Origin: Leucoraja ocellata
Lineage: Eukaryota
Length of the DNA: 64,000 bases
Direction: 5' to 3'
NCBI GenBank assembly: GCA_036785375.1
Contig: JAWMAR010000283.1
Location: forward strand, 372,001-436,000
The position numbers and the translations under genes are program-made. The first letter of the stretch is position 1. Each line of letters starts with the position of its first letter. Shown in pieces: positions 40,101 through 54,299 of the stretch. The notes under the pieces are model-generated. The model was not told the origin of the DNA and searched no databases. It saw only the letters and a program-made list of their open reading frames with translations.

Positions 40101-42904
40101 ACAAACCAGATTCAGGAGGTTACAATGATTAGTACATTAAGACTTGTCCACAACCGTTAACTATGAAAGTCCACATTTTGTGCAGTTGGCGACTTACAAT
40201 ACGATACTGAATGATTTAATCAAAAGTTGCAATTAGTTGACCTCTTGTTTCAACAAAGTTGGCTGCTTAACCTTTTGAGCACCAAGATATTTTCATGCTT
40301 TTATTTAATATGACAACTCCTTGACGAGGTAATGAAACAAAATTGGTTGCAAAAGGAATCCAGTAAAATATCAGTTCTTTTGTTTATGCTGTTTAATCGT
40401 GCTCAATGGGTACATTGCTATTCAGCAACATCCCCTGTGCTTTATTAGATACAAAGTCAATTCACTAAAAAAAGATTGAATTGCTTAACAATAAAAAAAA
40501 GTTGCTAAAAATCTTTATTAAAAGGACTCAGCGGTCATTTTTTTTATTGGCGGCATTCCACCTTTAATAAGAGGAGTTTGTTATAGAAAAAGACGCCGTC
40601 TTGTAAGAGCTTGCAGTTTGTGTATTTCACCGCGACAACAAACTGGCCAGTGTAATTGATTGCTGTGCACTGAGGTGAAGGCAAACAGTGCTAACAAACC
40701 TACACAGGAAAGGACAAGGTTGTGGAAGGGACATTGGGCTCTAAAACAAGAATAAGTCAGGGTTATTTATAAACAACAGACTGTGCTGTCTACAAGCTTG
40801 CCAACAGCAATACCATTCAAACCACACCAAAGCAGTTGCCTATCAATTAGTCTGACTTGAAGGTGCTCCATAGCTAAAAGCAATAAAGAAAAAAAGCACA
40901 TCTTTGACTTTTTATTGAATTATTTATAAGAAATAAAAACAAAAGGTGTTGCAGATCAGATTTCTATCATACAGACTGCAATCGTAAGAAATACGTCTAT
41001 TATGGTATGTATACAGCTTGATTCCATACCTATTCTGCAAGATTTTAGTCCTTTAATGGGATTTTGGACAAAGTTAAACATAAAAGCATTCCGGGGCTTA
41101 TCTACAGAATAGAACATGGATTAAACTTTAATTAAATATATTTTACAGTAAAGCCTTCAAAGACCCAAAATGGAGCATTGCATTATATTACTCCTGGCAG
41201 TTCTTTGAATCACGCATGAATGCTCATTTTTAACCTTCGGTGTACCATTGAATGATCATCTGCTGAGAGACTTGCACTTTTCTCTCTCCCCTTGCCCTGT
41301 AATTAAGGCTTTTAATGCATTTCACTGTCACTTACTACAAAGCTAACTGTGTGTGTGTATACATAAAATGAACCACTTAAGGAGTTTAACTTGAGAAATG
41401 TTTTCAATGTGTTAGAATGCCATTCAGTCCCCTCAACATTTTAAGGAGTGTAAAAATGAAAAGCAGGTGGCAGAGAATTGTCTCTATGTTAAAACATACA
41501 ATTTTATTTGCCTATCTAGAAACCCAAAGTTAAATTACCAGATACAATTAAACGTTATAATATTTATCATTGACCCCTAAGAACTTTTAATGTTTTATAT
41601 TTAAATATATTGGGACCTTAAAGAATGCTCTATTTTTTTTCAATTATGAATAACTAAAACTTATATCTTTGATATTTTAGTCACTTTCTAAAAATCAGCA
41701 TTAAAATTACAATTTTTGAACACGACATGCTTAAGAATCCATGTGAATCCATGCAAGTGAAATTCCTAAAAAAAATGTAAGGATTTTTATTTCCAAAGAA
41801 TTTTTGTTGTTACTTGTTAGAACTCGTGTAAGTTTAGATGCAGTTCAGTTGGTTGTATTTCAAATCAATAACATGGATTTATGCGTATTCTGAAAGGCTG
41901 TACACTTTATTTGGCTTGGCTAGACTTAAATATTGCACCACTTAAATGGGAGATGAGTTCCTATTAAAATATTTTTTGCAATAACTATTTCATGAGAACA
42001 GTGATTTTCTTTTGTCAAATTTTGCTCATTTCAATAAAATTGATAGTACATAAAACCAATACAATATATAGCAGAAGCTCGTAGTTTACCAGGTTAAAAA
42101 ATTAAAATATAAATTATAATTATTCAAGCAAAGATTTTGCCAAGTATACAGGTAAACCCATATAAATTTGCTGTATGTCAATTATTTAATAGATCATTTT
42201 TGTAGATCCTATCTTAATACACTATCTATAACACTGCAAGGATTGAGTTCACAAAGAAACTGCATTCAAAATGCATAAAATCTAAAGTCAGTCATTTCAG
42301 CTTCACGATGAAACGCTTTGTACTCAGAAAGTAGGAAGAGTAGTTTGTGGATATTTATCTTGCAGAAGCGATGATAACCAGCTTTCCCACGATTCTCCAT
42401 ATTTGGTCAATATGCAGAGATCGGGCAAATTACACCCGACAAATTATTTCCATTCATCAAATATGAGACAAATTATCACGACAGACTAAAGTATATGGAC
42501 ATCATCACCAAATGAACAGGAATATATACGTTACTGTAGACTAAAATGTTCTATATAAAATGACATCTCCACCTCAATGACTATCTACTTACACAACCCT
42601 AAACCCATCTGGACAATGGAACACTCTTGCACTACAATGGACCTGCTGTTTTTCTAATTATGTTTTTGCTCTAATGTATTGTTCTTTTGCACAGTTTTTC
42701 TTTAAGACTTTTTTGTGCAAATTATGTATAGTTTATGTATAATTTATATATAATTTTGCAGAATATAATTAGTTGCCATGCTTCCAACATTGTAGAAATT
42801 GCACTTCAAAAGAAGTAGCAACAGGACACTTTAGGGTGCTTTGTGGTCCTGATTTGTTTTATGAAATTAAATGAAATAAAATCTTACCAATGTTTTTACA
42901 AGCT

Positions 42905-43040
42905 GGAGAGGAAATACTTGGACAGGTACAAGGGTAGGAAAGATTTGGAATGATATGGGCCAAATACAGGCAAATGGGACAAGCGGCGTGGACGATTTGG
43001 GCTAAAAGGTCTGTTTTTGTGCTGTGTAATTCTATGACTC
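42905..43040 (+). mobile_element. CR1 3' end
   Basis: ggacaggtac...gatatgggccaaatacaggcaaatgggac...tctgtttttgtgctgtg. Confidence 0.65.
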
Positions 43041-44573
43041 TACATCCGTTGTCTCTAAGCGGTTAATGGATACCACTTCTCCGTAAACTGGCAGCCTGTG
43101 ACCTCTTGTTCTACATGGAAGAAAAAGAGATGCTGGGAACTGTTTCAGGAGAAAGGCAGCATTCGGAGATGGGATCAGAAATATCTTTTCATTTGAGGAT
43201 GTACAGTAAGATAAAGTATTTACTGTCAGATGCCTTGTGTCTGTGGCAAGCTGTGATATTGCCACAATTTGCACAATCATTTCTTTATATGTGGAGTATC
43301 AATGCTGATTTTTCATCATCCAAAGCTCATCCCAGATGATATTTCCCAAGCAGAATCTTTCTGCAATATGTCATGTTCTTTCATGCTACCAGCAATCAGA
43401 GCAACATTTTATTCTAACAACTTTTTCAATGATCTTCATGCCTCATCTAAATCTTGTTTAAGGCCAATTTGGCAAAAAAATGGCAACAAGCATAAATTTT
43501 CAAGAAAGTTACATGTGCAGTCATTTGAAAACTATTCCATTGTGGTAAAATTCATGAATATAAATGGTTCAGAACATTCTAAACACATTGTTCTCTTTTG
43601 GAATGGCCTGTGGATGCAACATTTTCGATGAGTTTATACTTGCACAAAAAAGAGATGTCAGATGTAAGAGAATTGCACTATAAAAATTGGAAATGAGTGC
43701 TTAAGCAACAGATATAATGGGGTGAGGAGGCAGGTGCAGGAGGGCTTACAGCTAGCTGGCAGCAAATGTAGGGCATGGATAGTATTTGGGAATGGAAGAT
43801 CAGTTTGGAGCTGTTAAGATTGAAACAGTCTACATGAACCTCTGATAATGTCAAGGAGATCAATGGAATCTGTGGAGTCATGAAGCCATTAGGGTTAAAC
43901 ATTCTACATTAACCTCAGATCATGTCAAGGAGAGCAGGAGTGGTCTCACCACTCAGTTGTACCGTTGCAACATTGTGTCGCAACTCCTGTACTCATTGCT
44001 CAGACCGAAAACACCTTTTCACCACCTTGCGCCGCTACTTTCAGCAAACTATGGCCCAATATCCCAAGGTCTCTGTTCTATAAAACACTCCAGGGCCCTA
44101 CCTTTAACTGTGTAAAGGCTGTCATGGTTTAACTTGCCAAAATGTAACATCTCGCACTTGCCTGAGTTAAATTCCATCTGCCAGTCCTTGGCGCAGATGC
44201 CATAGTATTTCTAAATGATGGCATTAGTAATCTCAGAGATTAACTGCAATAAACTGCCACTTATCCGTGAATGACCATATCACTATAAGATGGAGAAAAA
44301 ATGAGAAAAACAGAGGGAGGGTCCAGAAGGATGGTGGAGAAAAAACAACTAAATCTTACTCAACATGCACAATAAAGGTGATCCCATGCTCAAGATGACA
44401 TTGCTCAAATACAAGATGTAGATCTGGTTAAGGGGAAGCCCAATGAAACATTCCAGGGCACTCTGGAATAACAATCGAGAAGCAGGAACAGAAAGTCTTC
44501 TTGACAGTGTTCTGGTTACGATTGGCTTGGTAAGGATACAACCAAAGGCAGTAATCACGTTGAACTGAACAGC

Positions 44574-44860
44574 AACACAATGGCAGTAGAGTTGCTGCCT
44601 TACAGTGCTAGACATGGGTTCGATCCTGACTATAGGTACTGTTTGTATGGAGTTTGCTCATTCTCCCTGTAACTGCATGGGTTTTCTCTGGGTGCTCCGG
44701 TTTCCCCCCACACTCCAAAGACATACAAGTTTGTAGGTTAATGGGCTTCTGTAAATTGTCTCTAGTGTGTATGATAGTGCTACTGTACGGGATGATCGCT
44801 GGTCTGCATGGACTTGGCAGACCGAAGCACCTGTTTCCATGCTGTATCTCTGAAGTCTAA
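44574..44860 (+). mobile_element. V-SINE (HE1-like)
   Basis: gcagtagagttgctgccttacag...gggttcgatcctgact, V-domain and tail. Confidence 0.85.
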
Positions 44861-47800
44861 AGCAATGGAGTGCCACTGTTAAAGAATGAAACAAATCATG
44901 CAGACAGATGGGAGAGATTATGAATTAGTTTTGGTTAGTGCCATTTTAGTGCTGTGAGCAGGCAAAGTAAACTAATGGGGAGTTGTAGACAAGATAGACA
45001 TGGATTTGAGGTATCAACACAAAAATGTGTGAACAAGGAAATGGAACATGGATTAATTTGGGTAGGCTTCTCTCGTTTTCTTGATTGAATGAAATGTAAA
45101 TAAATTGGACATTATATAAAAATAAGAATGAAATGCCATAGTAGATAAATTATGTTAAGTTGGTATCCGCTATCTGAAGTGAAATCAACTGTACAGGTGA
45201 CATTTTGAAATGATAAAGTAGATTGTTTGGAGGTGTGACAACATCCACTGGATGGTGAGATGTGATGAAATATTTTGGATTGCAGCTTTCTTCAATTAAT
45301 TAAAGAGTGAGTTTTATTTAGGCTGAGATAGGAAAAAATTGTATGATTACCCCCATTAAGAATCAAACTTAATTTCTTGATCACTGCAGAGCCAATTAGG
45401 CATTGGCAATAACCTTGAGTTTGCTAAAAAAAAGCAGCAGGAAAACTCTACCTAGGAAAACTTCTAACGTGCTTTCTGTTTACATAGTAATTTACACCAG
45501 TCCTCATGTAGAGCAATTGATGTAATCCATAATTATTTTAATGTTACCTTATGTTCATACTTAACTTCTGTAATGCATTAAATTACAAGATTTTATTAGC
45601 CTAACTTTTATTTGGATACTGAAAAGATTTTTCCCTGCTTGAAGAATTAACATTAAAACTTACTCAACTTCGTTGTTTAAGTAACTTAAGTTATTTTTAC
45701 ACCATGTAATTAGGTACTTCATAAGTGTAAATAGTTTTATACCAAGTTATTCCATTCTTTTGTAAACTAGCATCTGCAGTTTCTTGTGTCTACTTATTCC
45801 AACATGTTTTGGTTGTTATTAGAAATCTATACAGATTTTGTGGTGCATTTGAATTACTTAAGAATGGAAATCATCCTAATTTGATTCTCACCACACAGGT
45901 CATGTATATATGTAGTTCTGGGCTATGGCAGCAACTTCAACAATTATGGATTTCAAGAAAATATTATGTGTAGAAAGTATATCCCCACAGAAACAGTTTT
46001 GAAATTAGAAAGCTAGAAATCATACTTTTATATTGTCCAGAAGTCAATCTCTACACATAGTAATTCACTGAATATTATTTTCCACTTTTGATTACGTATT
46101 CACTTGCATTGTACACTGTCACATGAACTTAAATTTCATAATAATATTAACAGATGCATTCACTAAGCATCAGGGGCTCAATATAATTTTGTAAATAGTT
46201 TTGGATAAGATTATACAGCTGACTTTTCATTAATTTTGCTGCAGTTATTTTGACTTTCTTCTTTATTTAGTGCCACCATTAGTTTTAATGTAAAATCAGG
46301 CCAGGCTGTGCAGAACAGAACTGTTCCATCGCCTGGATTACCAGCTGGGGTCCTCGCATACCTGCACTTACTTGGACTGGAGGTGTCCCTCCACTCCCCT
46401 GGGTCCAGCGGCTCTGATGTGACAGATGTCTGCACTATCAGTGGAATAGAGAGGAGGCCCTTCCCCAAAGTACCTTAACAGCCAGAAATCTGGACGTGGG
46501 GTGGTAAGGTAGATGAGTGGAGAAAGGAGGGGTGCAGAGTTTTGTCAGCTGTGAAATCTGCAAGTCATTTTAAGAGTTTTTAAATGCTTTTGATATCCTG
46601 AGATTTTTTTTACAACACTGATAAATAACATATTAAACCGCAGAAAAATATTTTTTCAAAAGTGTCTTAAATCTGGCCCTAGAAATCAGTGGGGCTTCAG
46701 ATCTTGTACCAGATATTCTGAATATGTCAGTAAGTCCCAAGATTCATTTTTTCACAGCAAATGCAGTTTGAACGGCTGAATGCAGCTGACTACAGCCAAT
46801 GTAATCAAGATAATTCGCTCCAAGCAATATAACTTCAGTAAATCAGTTACAAATACTTGAAATATCTGGAATTTTTTTTGAGTAAATCAAAATAGCAAGG
46901 TAAACATTGTCGGAATAATTTCTTATGTAAAAATACATCTAGGAGTTTGTCATTAATGGCATTAAATTAATTCAAAAACATTAGAATTAATTTAAAATTT
47001 CAATAACTATAGTCAATGATGCTTTGAATTCAATGATGGACTGTTTAAAACTTCTTAGTGAGAATGGTTTTAAATGAAAACATACAAAAATTGCCTGTAA
47101 TATAATCTCTGTGAAAATTACATTAACAAACAAGAACAATTTGAAGTGAGAAGTAAGAAGGTCAATGCTGAACCATTTTGACAATTCCAAGTGGTCAATG
47201 ATTATAACATACGACATTAGAAACCTTAACCTACCCACACGAGTGATAAATGAGGCATTTTGTGCCATTACATTCCCATAAATCACTTCAGTCAACTGCT
47301 GACGGCTTTTATCAGATATAACCTTTTCAAGCTTCTCTTTGACTGCTAACATTTTCAACTCTGACACATGTGCAGTTTACAAATTCTGCAGCTGATTAAC
47401 TCTGGACAGCAGCAGACTGCTTCAAGGTGGTTAGAACTTCATATTCTCAAATGCTCTAAACACAACAGTGCTGGTAAATCCCTCTCTCCTCTAAATATCT
47501 AACTATAGCCTTCAAAATCATCCAGCAAATTCACTGCTTGCAGTACATAACCCAAGCCAGTCTTTATAATATTCAATATGATCTTGATCATGTGATTACT
47601 GTTAGTATAGTACTTCAGAGGCATTAGTTTTGATAAAGTCTAACTAAACATCAAAACTTAGTGATGAAAACTGAGCAGACACTCAAACAACAGACGCAGG
47701 AAGGTCAGAGTAGACGCTTCTGCAACTGATAACCTCTTTATCACAGAGCCACATATTCAAAAAATTGTTGCGTAGGTAACATCTCCCCATAGCATCAGTC

Positions 47801-48996
47801 CTCAGATCTCTTTTTCCTGACATCTTTTGACGTGCAACCCATGAGGAATTCACAAGTTCTTTATTTGAATAAGAATGCAACATATCAAAGGAGTTATGCA
47901 GTAATAATTTGACAATTGAGATGTAAATATCATGATCTGAAACATTCATTCTGGGAAGAAAGCATATTTAATACCTAAAACAAAGGAAGATATTTTCAAG
48001 GCAAAATCAAAGGGTAATGATAGATGGTGATGGTAGTAATCTCAGGCCAAAGAAGCTAATTGAATAGTCACTGGACACTTTAAAGAGCTCTGTCTGATAG
48101 TATGGAAAAATACAATAGCAATAAAGGAAACAAGGTGATTATATCTCACAAAAATCCATGGGATGTCCATTAATACACTTAAAATTCAGTTGCATGTGAG
48201 GACAATTTTTATGCAACTCTGATAGTTACAAAGATAGATAACTCAATTAGCAGAACATCTATCAAAATATTTGGATGTGAAAAAGGAAACAAAGAAGATT
48301 GATGGCTGAGAAAGTTCACTGATTCCCTTGCCATAATATTCATGCAATGGGCCCGACAGCATTTTTGTGCTGTCTTCACACGCAAAGCTTCATTACCCAT
48401 CACTCCACCGATTTCTTGTTATTATGAGGCTACCATTTTGCCAAACTATAGTTTCAATGATGGATGTTGGAAGGAACAGTGTTTGCAGCAGTAAGAAAAT
48501 GAAACACTTTATAAACTGAGAAAATATTGCCGATGATTCTAATTTAATAACTAATGATTAAAAACACAATCAGCTCATCTCAGTGTGCATAAGTTTGGAC
48601 AGTGATAGATTTTCCCCCCTCGTACAAAAAAAAAAGAGCACATATAAAATGATCCTCTGTAATTCAAATGAATAGTTTAATTTCATTCTCCAGCTTAGCA
48701 TTTTTGGTTTGCATATGGCAGAAGTATATCCTCATATTTCTTTGTGTGATACTGATGCTGGATAGGACTGGCAAAATATGTCACACAAAGTACTTTGCAT
48801 GTTTTTTTATACACAACCATAAAAAGGTAACTGTCGATTTTCTATTGAGTGTTATATCTTGTTCATGGCTAACAGAACACAAATTATATTCTTAAATTGA
48901 TGACTTTTTATGCATTTGAAATTGTATTCTGTGTTTGTATGTGAAAAAATATTTCCTTATCAACACAAAATAAACTATTACATTTTTATTGATTTA

Positions 48997-49660
48997 CTAG
49001 ACTAAGTGGGACCCATTGGGTCCCCCAACACAATCCATTCTCCAACGTAATATTCCACCACTCACCCGTAGCCCCCAACTGCGCAGGCACGGCTCATTTC
49101 CCCTCATCCCAAAGCACTCCACCCCCTCCTCTTCACCCTCCATCTTCATTCCCCTCTCCTCCTCCCATCCCCCAATCCCTCCCTCATCTCTCCCATCCCT
49201 TTCCCGTACCCTGTCACTCCCCCCTCCATAACTCCTCTCCCCTCTCTACCCCCCTCCTCCCCACTCCTCATCTCCCCTATCCCCCCATTATCTCTCCTCA
49301 CCTCCCCCATTCCCCTCCCTATTCCCCCCTCCTCCCCCATTCTCCCTCTTCACCTGCTCCCTCTTCTTTCCCCTCTCCTCTTACCCTCCCCAATACCTCC
49401 CTCATCTCTCCTTTCCCCTACCCTCAATCACTCCCTCTCCCTATAACTCCTCTCCCCTCCCTATCCCTCTCCTCTCCCTCTATCCCCCACTCTCCCTCAC
49501 CTTCCCCTCCCCCATTTCCCCCTCCCTCTCCCTCAATCCCCCCACCCTCCCATCTCACCTCCCCAGGATCTCGAGGATGCCGCTTCTCTCCCTTCTTGCG
49601 TGCCCCAGAGGAGCATCAGCCGTCGGCGCCCTCAGAGCCAGGCTCAGCGCCCAGGCGCCC
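48997..49660 (-). mobile_element. Helitron-type element 3' end with pyrimidine-rich body (5' end not defined)
   Basis: CTAG terminus at 48997-49000 next to a perfect hairpin GGGACCCA-T-TGGGTCCC; same terminal sequence as the element at 3320-3796. Confidence 0.65.
49120..49565. repeat. C/T-rich low-complexity tract with internal imperfect duplication
   Basis: About 440 bp of almost G-free, C-rich sequence; the block ccctcatctctcc...taccct...cactccc...ataactcctctcccct occurs twice (about 49181 and about 49399). Confidence 0.85.
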
Positions 49661-52650
49661 ACATCACTGAGAAATAGGAAGGGATAAAGACAGATACCCA
49701 AGAGGATCTAGAGGTAGAGCTGCAAGGGAAAAAAGGGAATCCTTAATGGATGACCTTAATTGGTTAGACGCGAGCCAAGACCACATGGGCAAGATTGAAA
49801 TCAGTTGAAGGTAGACCCAGATAGATGGACATTGGAGAGGGGCCAATGGATGTGCGTGGTGATGTCAGACCTGTCAAAACTGCAGACAGATTGAGAAGGT
49901 TCAAGACAGACAGATTACATGTTGTCATATTGGATGGACGATTAAGAGAACCAAATTAGAAATTAGGAGCACAATATACAAACACAAGCCTTCACTGCTA
50001 TTTAACATAGCCTGTCCTGTGTCTCATTCGCCGTTCTGCTCAATCCTTACCAGCTTTAGTGTCCAAAATTCTATCATCTCAACTTCAATATACTCAACAA
50101 CTGAGCTTTCACAACCTTCTGAAAGGACTGTTTCAGTCCTGCTGCTAGAGAGAAAACCAGATTGAGTGGATTCAAACATGGAGCTGTGAGAAAAATGGGC
50201 ATGGATTTTAGAGGGACCAATATAGTACTCCTGCGTGTGACCACCATTTAGAGCTGGGCTGGGAAAAGAGGAAGACATGGTCACGACTCGTTTTGTATAT
50301 TTAAATGTTCACAGGATCTGGTCGACAGTTTGCAAACATCACCGGGTAAAGATTCTTCCTTAGATGCGTGCACTAAAAGTGGACATACATTATACTCTTG
50401 CAGCGATCAAAGGAAATATATTTTGTAAACAAAGTACCAGATGCTGAAGTCACTATATTATGTTTTTGCACATGATGGGTGCACAAAATATCCACCCCTT
50501 CATGTTGTCAGACTATTTATGCACATTTCATCCCATACCTTTTAAATATTAGAGAAAATAATCTATCCAATCAAGAGAAAAGGATCATGTCATCTTTTAC
50601 TTCCAGAAGTTAACCTGACATCATGTCTAAATGAAATGATGCAGTGCACCAAGCCTCAAGGAACAATCTTTAACTGTTCCTGTAGAAATGTGATTTCAAC
50701 AATGAAGAATGCATTCAAAATGTCAGATGTAAATGTCAATTAAAAATTACATATAGGTCTGAATTGTAAGGTTTGGAGGTTGACATTCTTTGACATAGCA
50801 GAGTGTGTGTGACCAGGCCTTTGGCAAACTCAACAGGATCTATGCTGTCAGCTCATATCGTACAGAAACTCAGATGCTTGTCTAATCTGAATGAAAAATA
50901 ACATGAAAATTGGAGCTGAAGCCTTGCAGTAGAAGCTGAAGGCATTCTCTGTACCATGTGACAGCTTCCAGTAACGGGACTACATTGAAACACTAAGGCC
51001 ATAGACAAATATTTACAGAGGGGGAAAATAAAACAAAAAAATCTAATTGCCATGGTATTAAACAGCATGAATTTAAGATCACAGGAAGTAAATATCACAC
51101 CTTGGTGGACACAAACATCATTTCAGGTAAGCAAGCACAATAGTTTAGATAAGATTTTAAATTAAAATAATTTGTAAATGTAACAATATAGCAACTAAAT
51201 TTCCCTTACATCTACGCAGGAAAGAGATAAGATAATAAAACTTAAAACATATGCATTAGTTAGAGGATTGAGCATTCAACACACTGTAGGAAATCATTTC
51301 TTTAACCAAACTCCAAGTAATAGACCGACATTTGCACTATTCCAGTTTGGTATCTAACAGACAGTTTTTGGTTTGATGTTTCCCCGCCTCATTATTTTAT
51401 CAAACCGCCATGCAAAATGAACACGTTAAAATTCAAAACATCTCATAAATGTATAGAAAATTATACAAACTCTAGACACTTGGCACCCTCTTTAGTGCAC
51501 GGCAACACAATGCACAATCCTTTAACTGGATTTCATGTCAATCCAATAGATTATTGAAAACAAAATAAAAAATCTGTCTCTGATTCATGATGAGCGCATT
51601 AAAAATCGGTTCTTTTCCCCATCCTTCGTCTTAAGAAATGGAGGACTGGCTTGAATATAAATTAATACTCGAATGACAACTAATAGGAATAACCTCTTGG
51701 CCTAGAAGCGTTTATCCCATCCAACTATTTCCTGCTGTCTGATTGGAAGCGACAAAAAACATTCTTTAAAAAAAAGCATCCTTGAAGTGTGTGTCCACAC
51801 AACTTTCTAACACTGACTGAACATTTATCATCCATTCACCAATTCCGATTGAAAATTAATAGTCCTGCGATTGGTTTCTTCACCCTGGCTGCCAATAATG
51901 CAGCCTTGGACTGACCTACAGCTCCTTGGTGCTATTCTAAGGTCAAACCCTGCCAGCATTACACCAGTGTGTCAAAATATGTCAACAAACCATCCGCACT
52001 ACAGGAAGAAGAATGACCTTTCATTTCTTCGTGTACAGAGTCCTGATAAAACCAACAGAGGCTAGGTATGCATGAGCAATTTTCCAAACTGCTTGACACT
52101 CTCAACTTCTAAAGGTTTCCCCAGTGTATTTTCCAAAGCACAAATGTAAAATACAGCTACTCCAACTTTCTATAACATTACCACATTTATACATATGTGA
52201 CATATTTCCAAAAATATATTTTCAACTATGCTAACCTAAAGTAAAATATCATAAGTTGTCATAATTCAGTTCGCTCCAGTAGCACATTTCCCATCAGAAA
52301 ATTGGTTGTAGTCATTGGGTACTGACTTTAGATTTTTTGGGAGAGAAAATTTGTATCTTGGTACTCTGGTAATTAAGCGGTAATTCTAACCTATTTATTG
52401 TGCTTTTCAGATGCATAACATTTTAACACAAGTGCATAAATTATCTTATTTCTTATATTTATAATTTTATAAAACCTCTTAGCATTAAAATCGAATATAT
52501 TTTGAAGAGCAAGTTTCACTCCTTAAAAAAGGTTTAAATTTTAAAGTGAAAAACAAAACTGACCTGGATTTTGCAGTTGTAATGACAGCAAGATAGTCAG
52601 TATACAGCATCAGTACACTGAAATACTGACTTCAATTGCTGGAATACATA

Positions 52651-54249
52651 CAGTGGCTTGCAAAAGTATTCATACCCCTTGAACTTTTCCACATTTTGTC
52701 ACGTTACAACCACAAACGTAAATGTATTTTATTGGGATTTTATGTGATAGACCAACACAAAGTGGCGCATAATTGTGAAGTGGAAGTAAAATGATACATG
52801 GTTTTCAAATTTTTTTACAAATAAAAAACTGAAAATTGTGGCGTGCAAAAGTATTCAGCCCCCTTTACTCTGATACCCCTAAATAAAATCCAGTTCAACC
52901 AATTGCCTTCAGAAGTCACCTAATTAGTAAATAGAGTCCACTTGTGTGTAATCTAAACTCAGTATAAATACAGCTGTTCTGTGAAGGCCTCAGAGGTTTG
53001 TTAGAGAACATTAGTGAACAAACAGCATCATGAAGCCCAAGGAACACACCAGACAGGTCAGGGATAAAGTTGTGGAGAAGTTTAAAGCAGGGTTAGGTTA
53101 TAAAAAAATATCCCAAGCTTTGAACATCTCACGGAGCACTGTTCAATCCATCATCCGAAAATGGAAAGAGTATGGCACAACTGCAAACCTACCAAGGCAT
53201 GGCCGTCCACCTAAACTGACAGGCCGGGCAAGGAGAGCATTGATCAGAGAAGCAGCCAAGAGGCCAATGGTAACTCTGGAGGAGCTGCAGAGATCCACAG
53301 CTCAGGTGGGAGAATCTGTCCACAGGACAGTCGTGCACTCCACAAATCGGGCCTTTATGGAAGAGTGGCAAGAAGAAAGTCGTTGTTGAAAAATAGCCAT
53401 AAGAAGTCCCGTTTGCAGTTTTCCACAAGCCATGTGGGGGACACAGCAAACAAGTGGAGGAAGGTGCTCTGGTCAGATGAGACCAAAATTGAAGTTTTTG
53501 GCCTAAATGCAAAACGCTATGTGTGGCGGAAAACTAACACTGCACATCACCCTGAACACACCATCCCCACTGTGAAACATGGTGGTGGCAGCATCATGCT
53601 GTGGGGATGCTTTTCTTCAGCAGGGACAGGGAAGCTGGTCAGAGTTGATGGGACGATGGATGGAGCCAAATACAGGGCAATCTTGGAAGAAAACCTGTTA
53701 AGAGTCTGCAAAAGACTTGAGACTGGGGCAGAGGTTCACCTTCCAGCAGGACAACAACCCTAAACATACAGCCAGAGCTACAATGGAATGGTTTAGATCA
53801 AAGCATATTCATGTGTTAGAATGGCCCAGTCAAAGTCCAGACCTAAATCCAATTGAGAATCTCTGGCAAGACTTGAAAATTGCTGTTCACAGACGCTCTC
53901 CATCCAATCTGACTGAGCTTGAGCTATTTTGCAAAGAAGAATGGGCAAAAAATTCAGTCTCTAGATGTGCAAAGCTGGTAGAGACATACCACAAAAGACT
54001 TGCAGTGAAAGGTGGTTCTACAAAGTATTGACTCAGGGGGGCTGAATACTTTTGCACGCCACACTTTGCAGTTTTTTATTTGTAAAAAAATTTGAAAACC
54101 ATGTATCATTTTCCTTCCACTTCACAATTATGCACCACTTTGTGTTGGTCGATCACATAAAATCCCAATAAAATACATTTACGTTTGTGGTTGTAACGTG
54201 ACAAAATGTGGAAAAGTTCAAGGGGTATGAAATCGTTTGCAAGCCACTG
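52651..54249 (+). mobile_element. Tc1/mariner DNA transposon, IR/DR type, Passport-like, full length (1599 bp)
   Basis: TA target duplication on both sides; TIRs of about 213 bp (52651-52863 and 54037-54249), each with two direct repeats (gcaaaagtattca). Confidence 0.96.
53030..54031 (+). pseudogene. Tc1 DD34E transposase with two frameshifts
   Basis: Three overlapping ORFs give paired-like HTH with [19 protein letters not shown] and SPDLNPIE (34 residues between the second D and E); frameshifts at about 53329 and about 53700. Confidence 0.95.
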
Positions 54250-54299
54250 TACGTATAGTGAAAAATGGACACCTTTCCTAGAACTGCTCAGAGTTGCAA

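Noticed and set aside
44574-44650. tRNA genes at SINE heads
   Set aside because: The A/B-box-like heads continue into V-domains and LINE-like tails; these are SINEs, not tRNAs
46270-46700. GC-richer patch, possibly an ancient DNA-transposon relic or exon
   Set aside because: No convincing TIR pair, splice-bounded ORF or recognisable protein; could not be classified
49016-49340. Pro/Ser-rich and Gly/Glu-rich ORFs
   Set aside because: Translations of a low-complexity C/T tract
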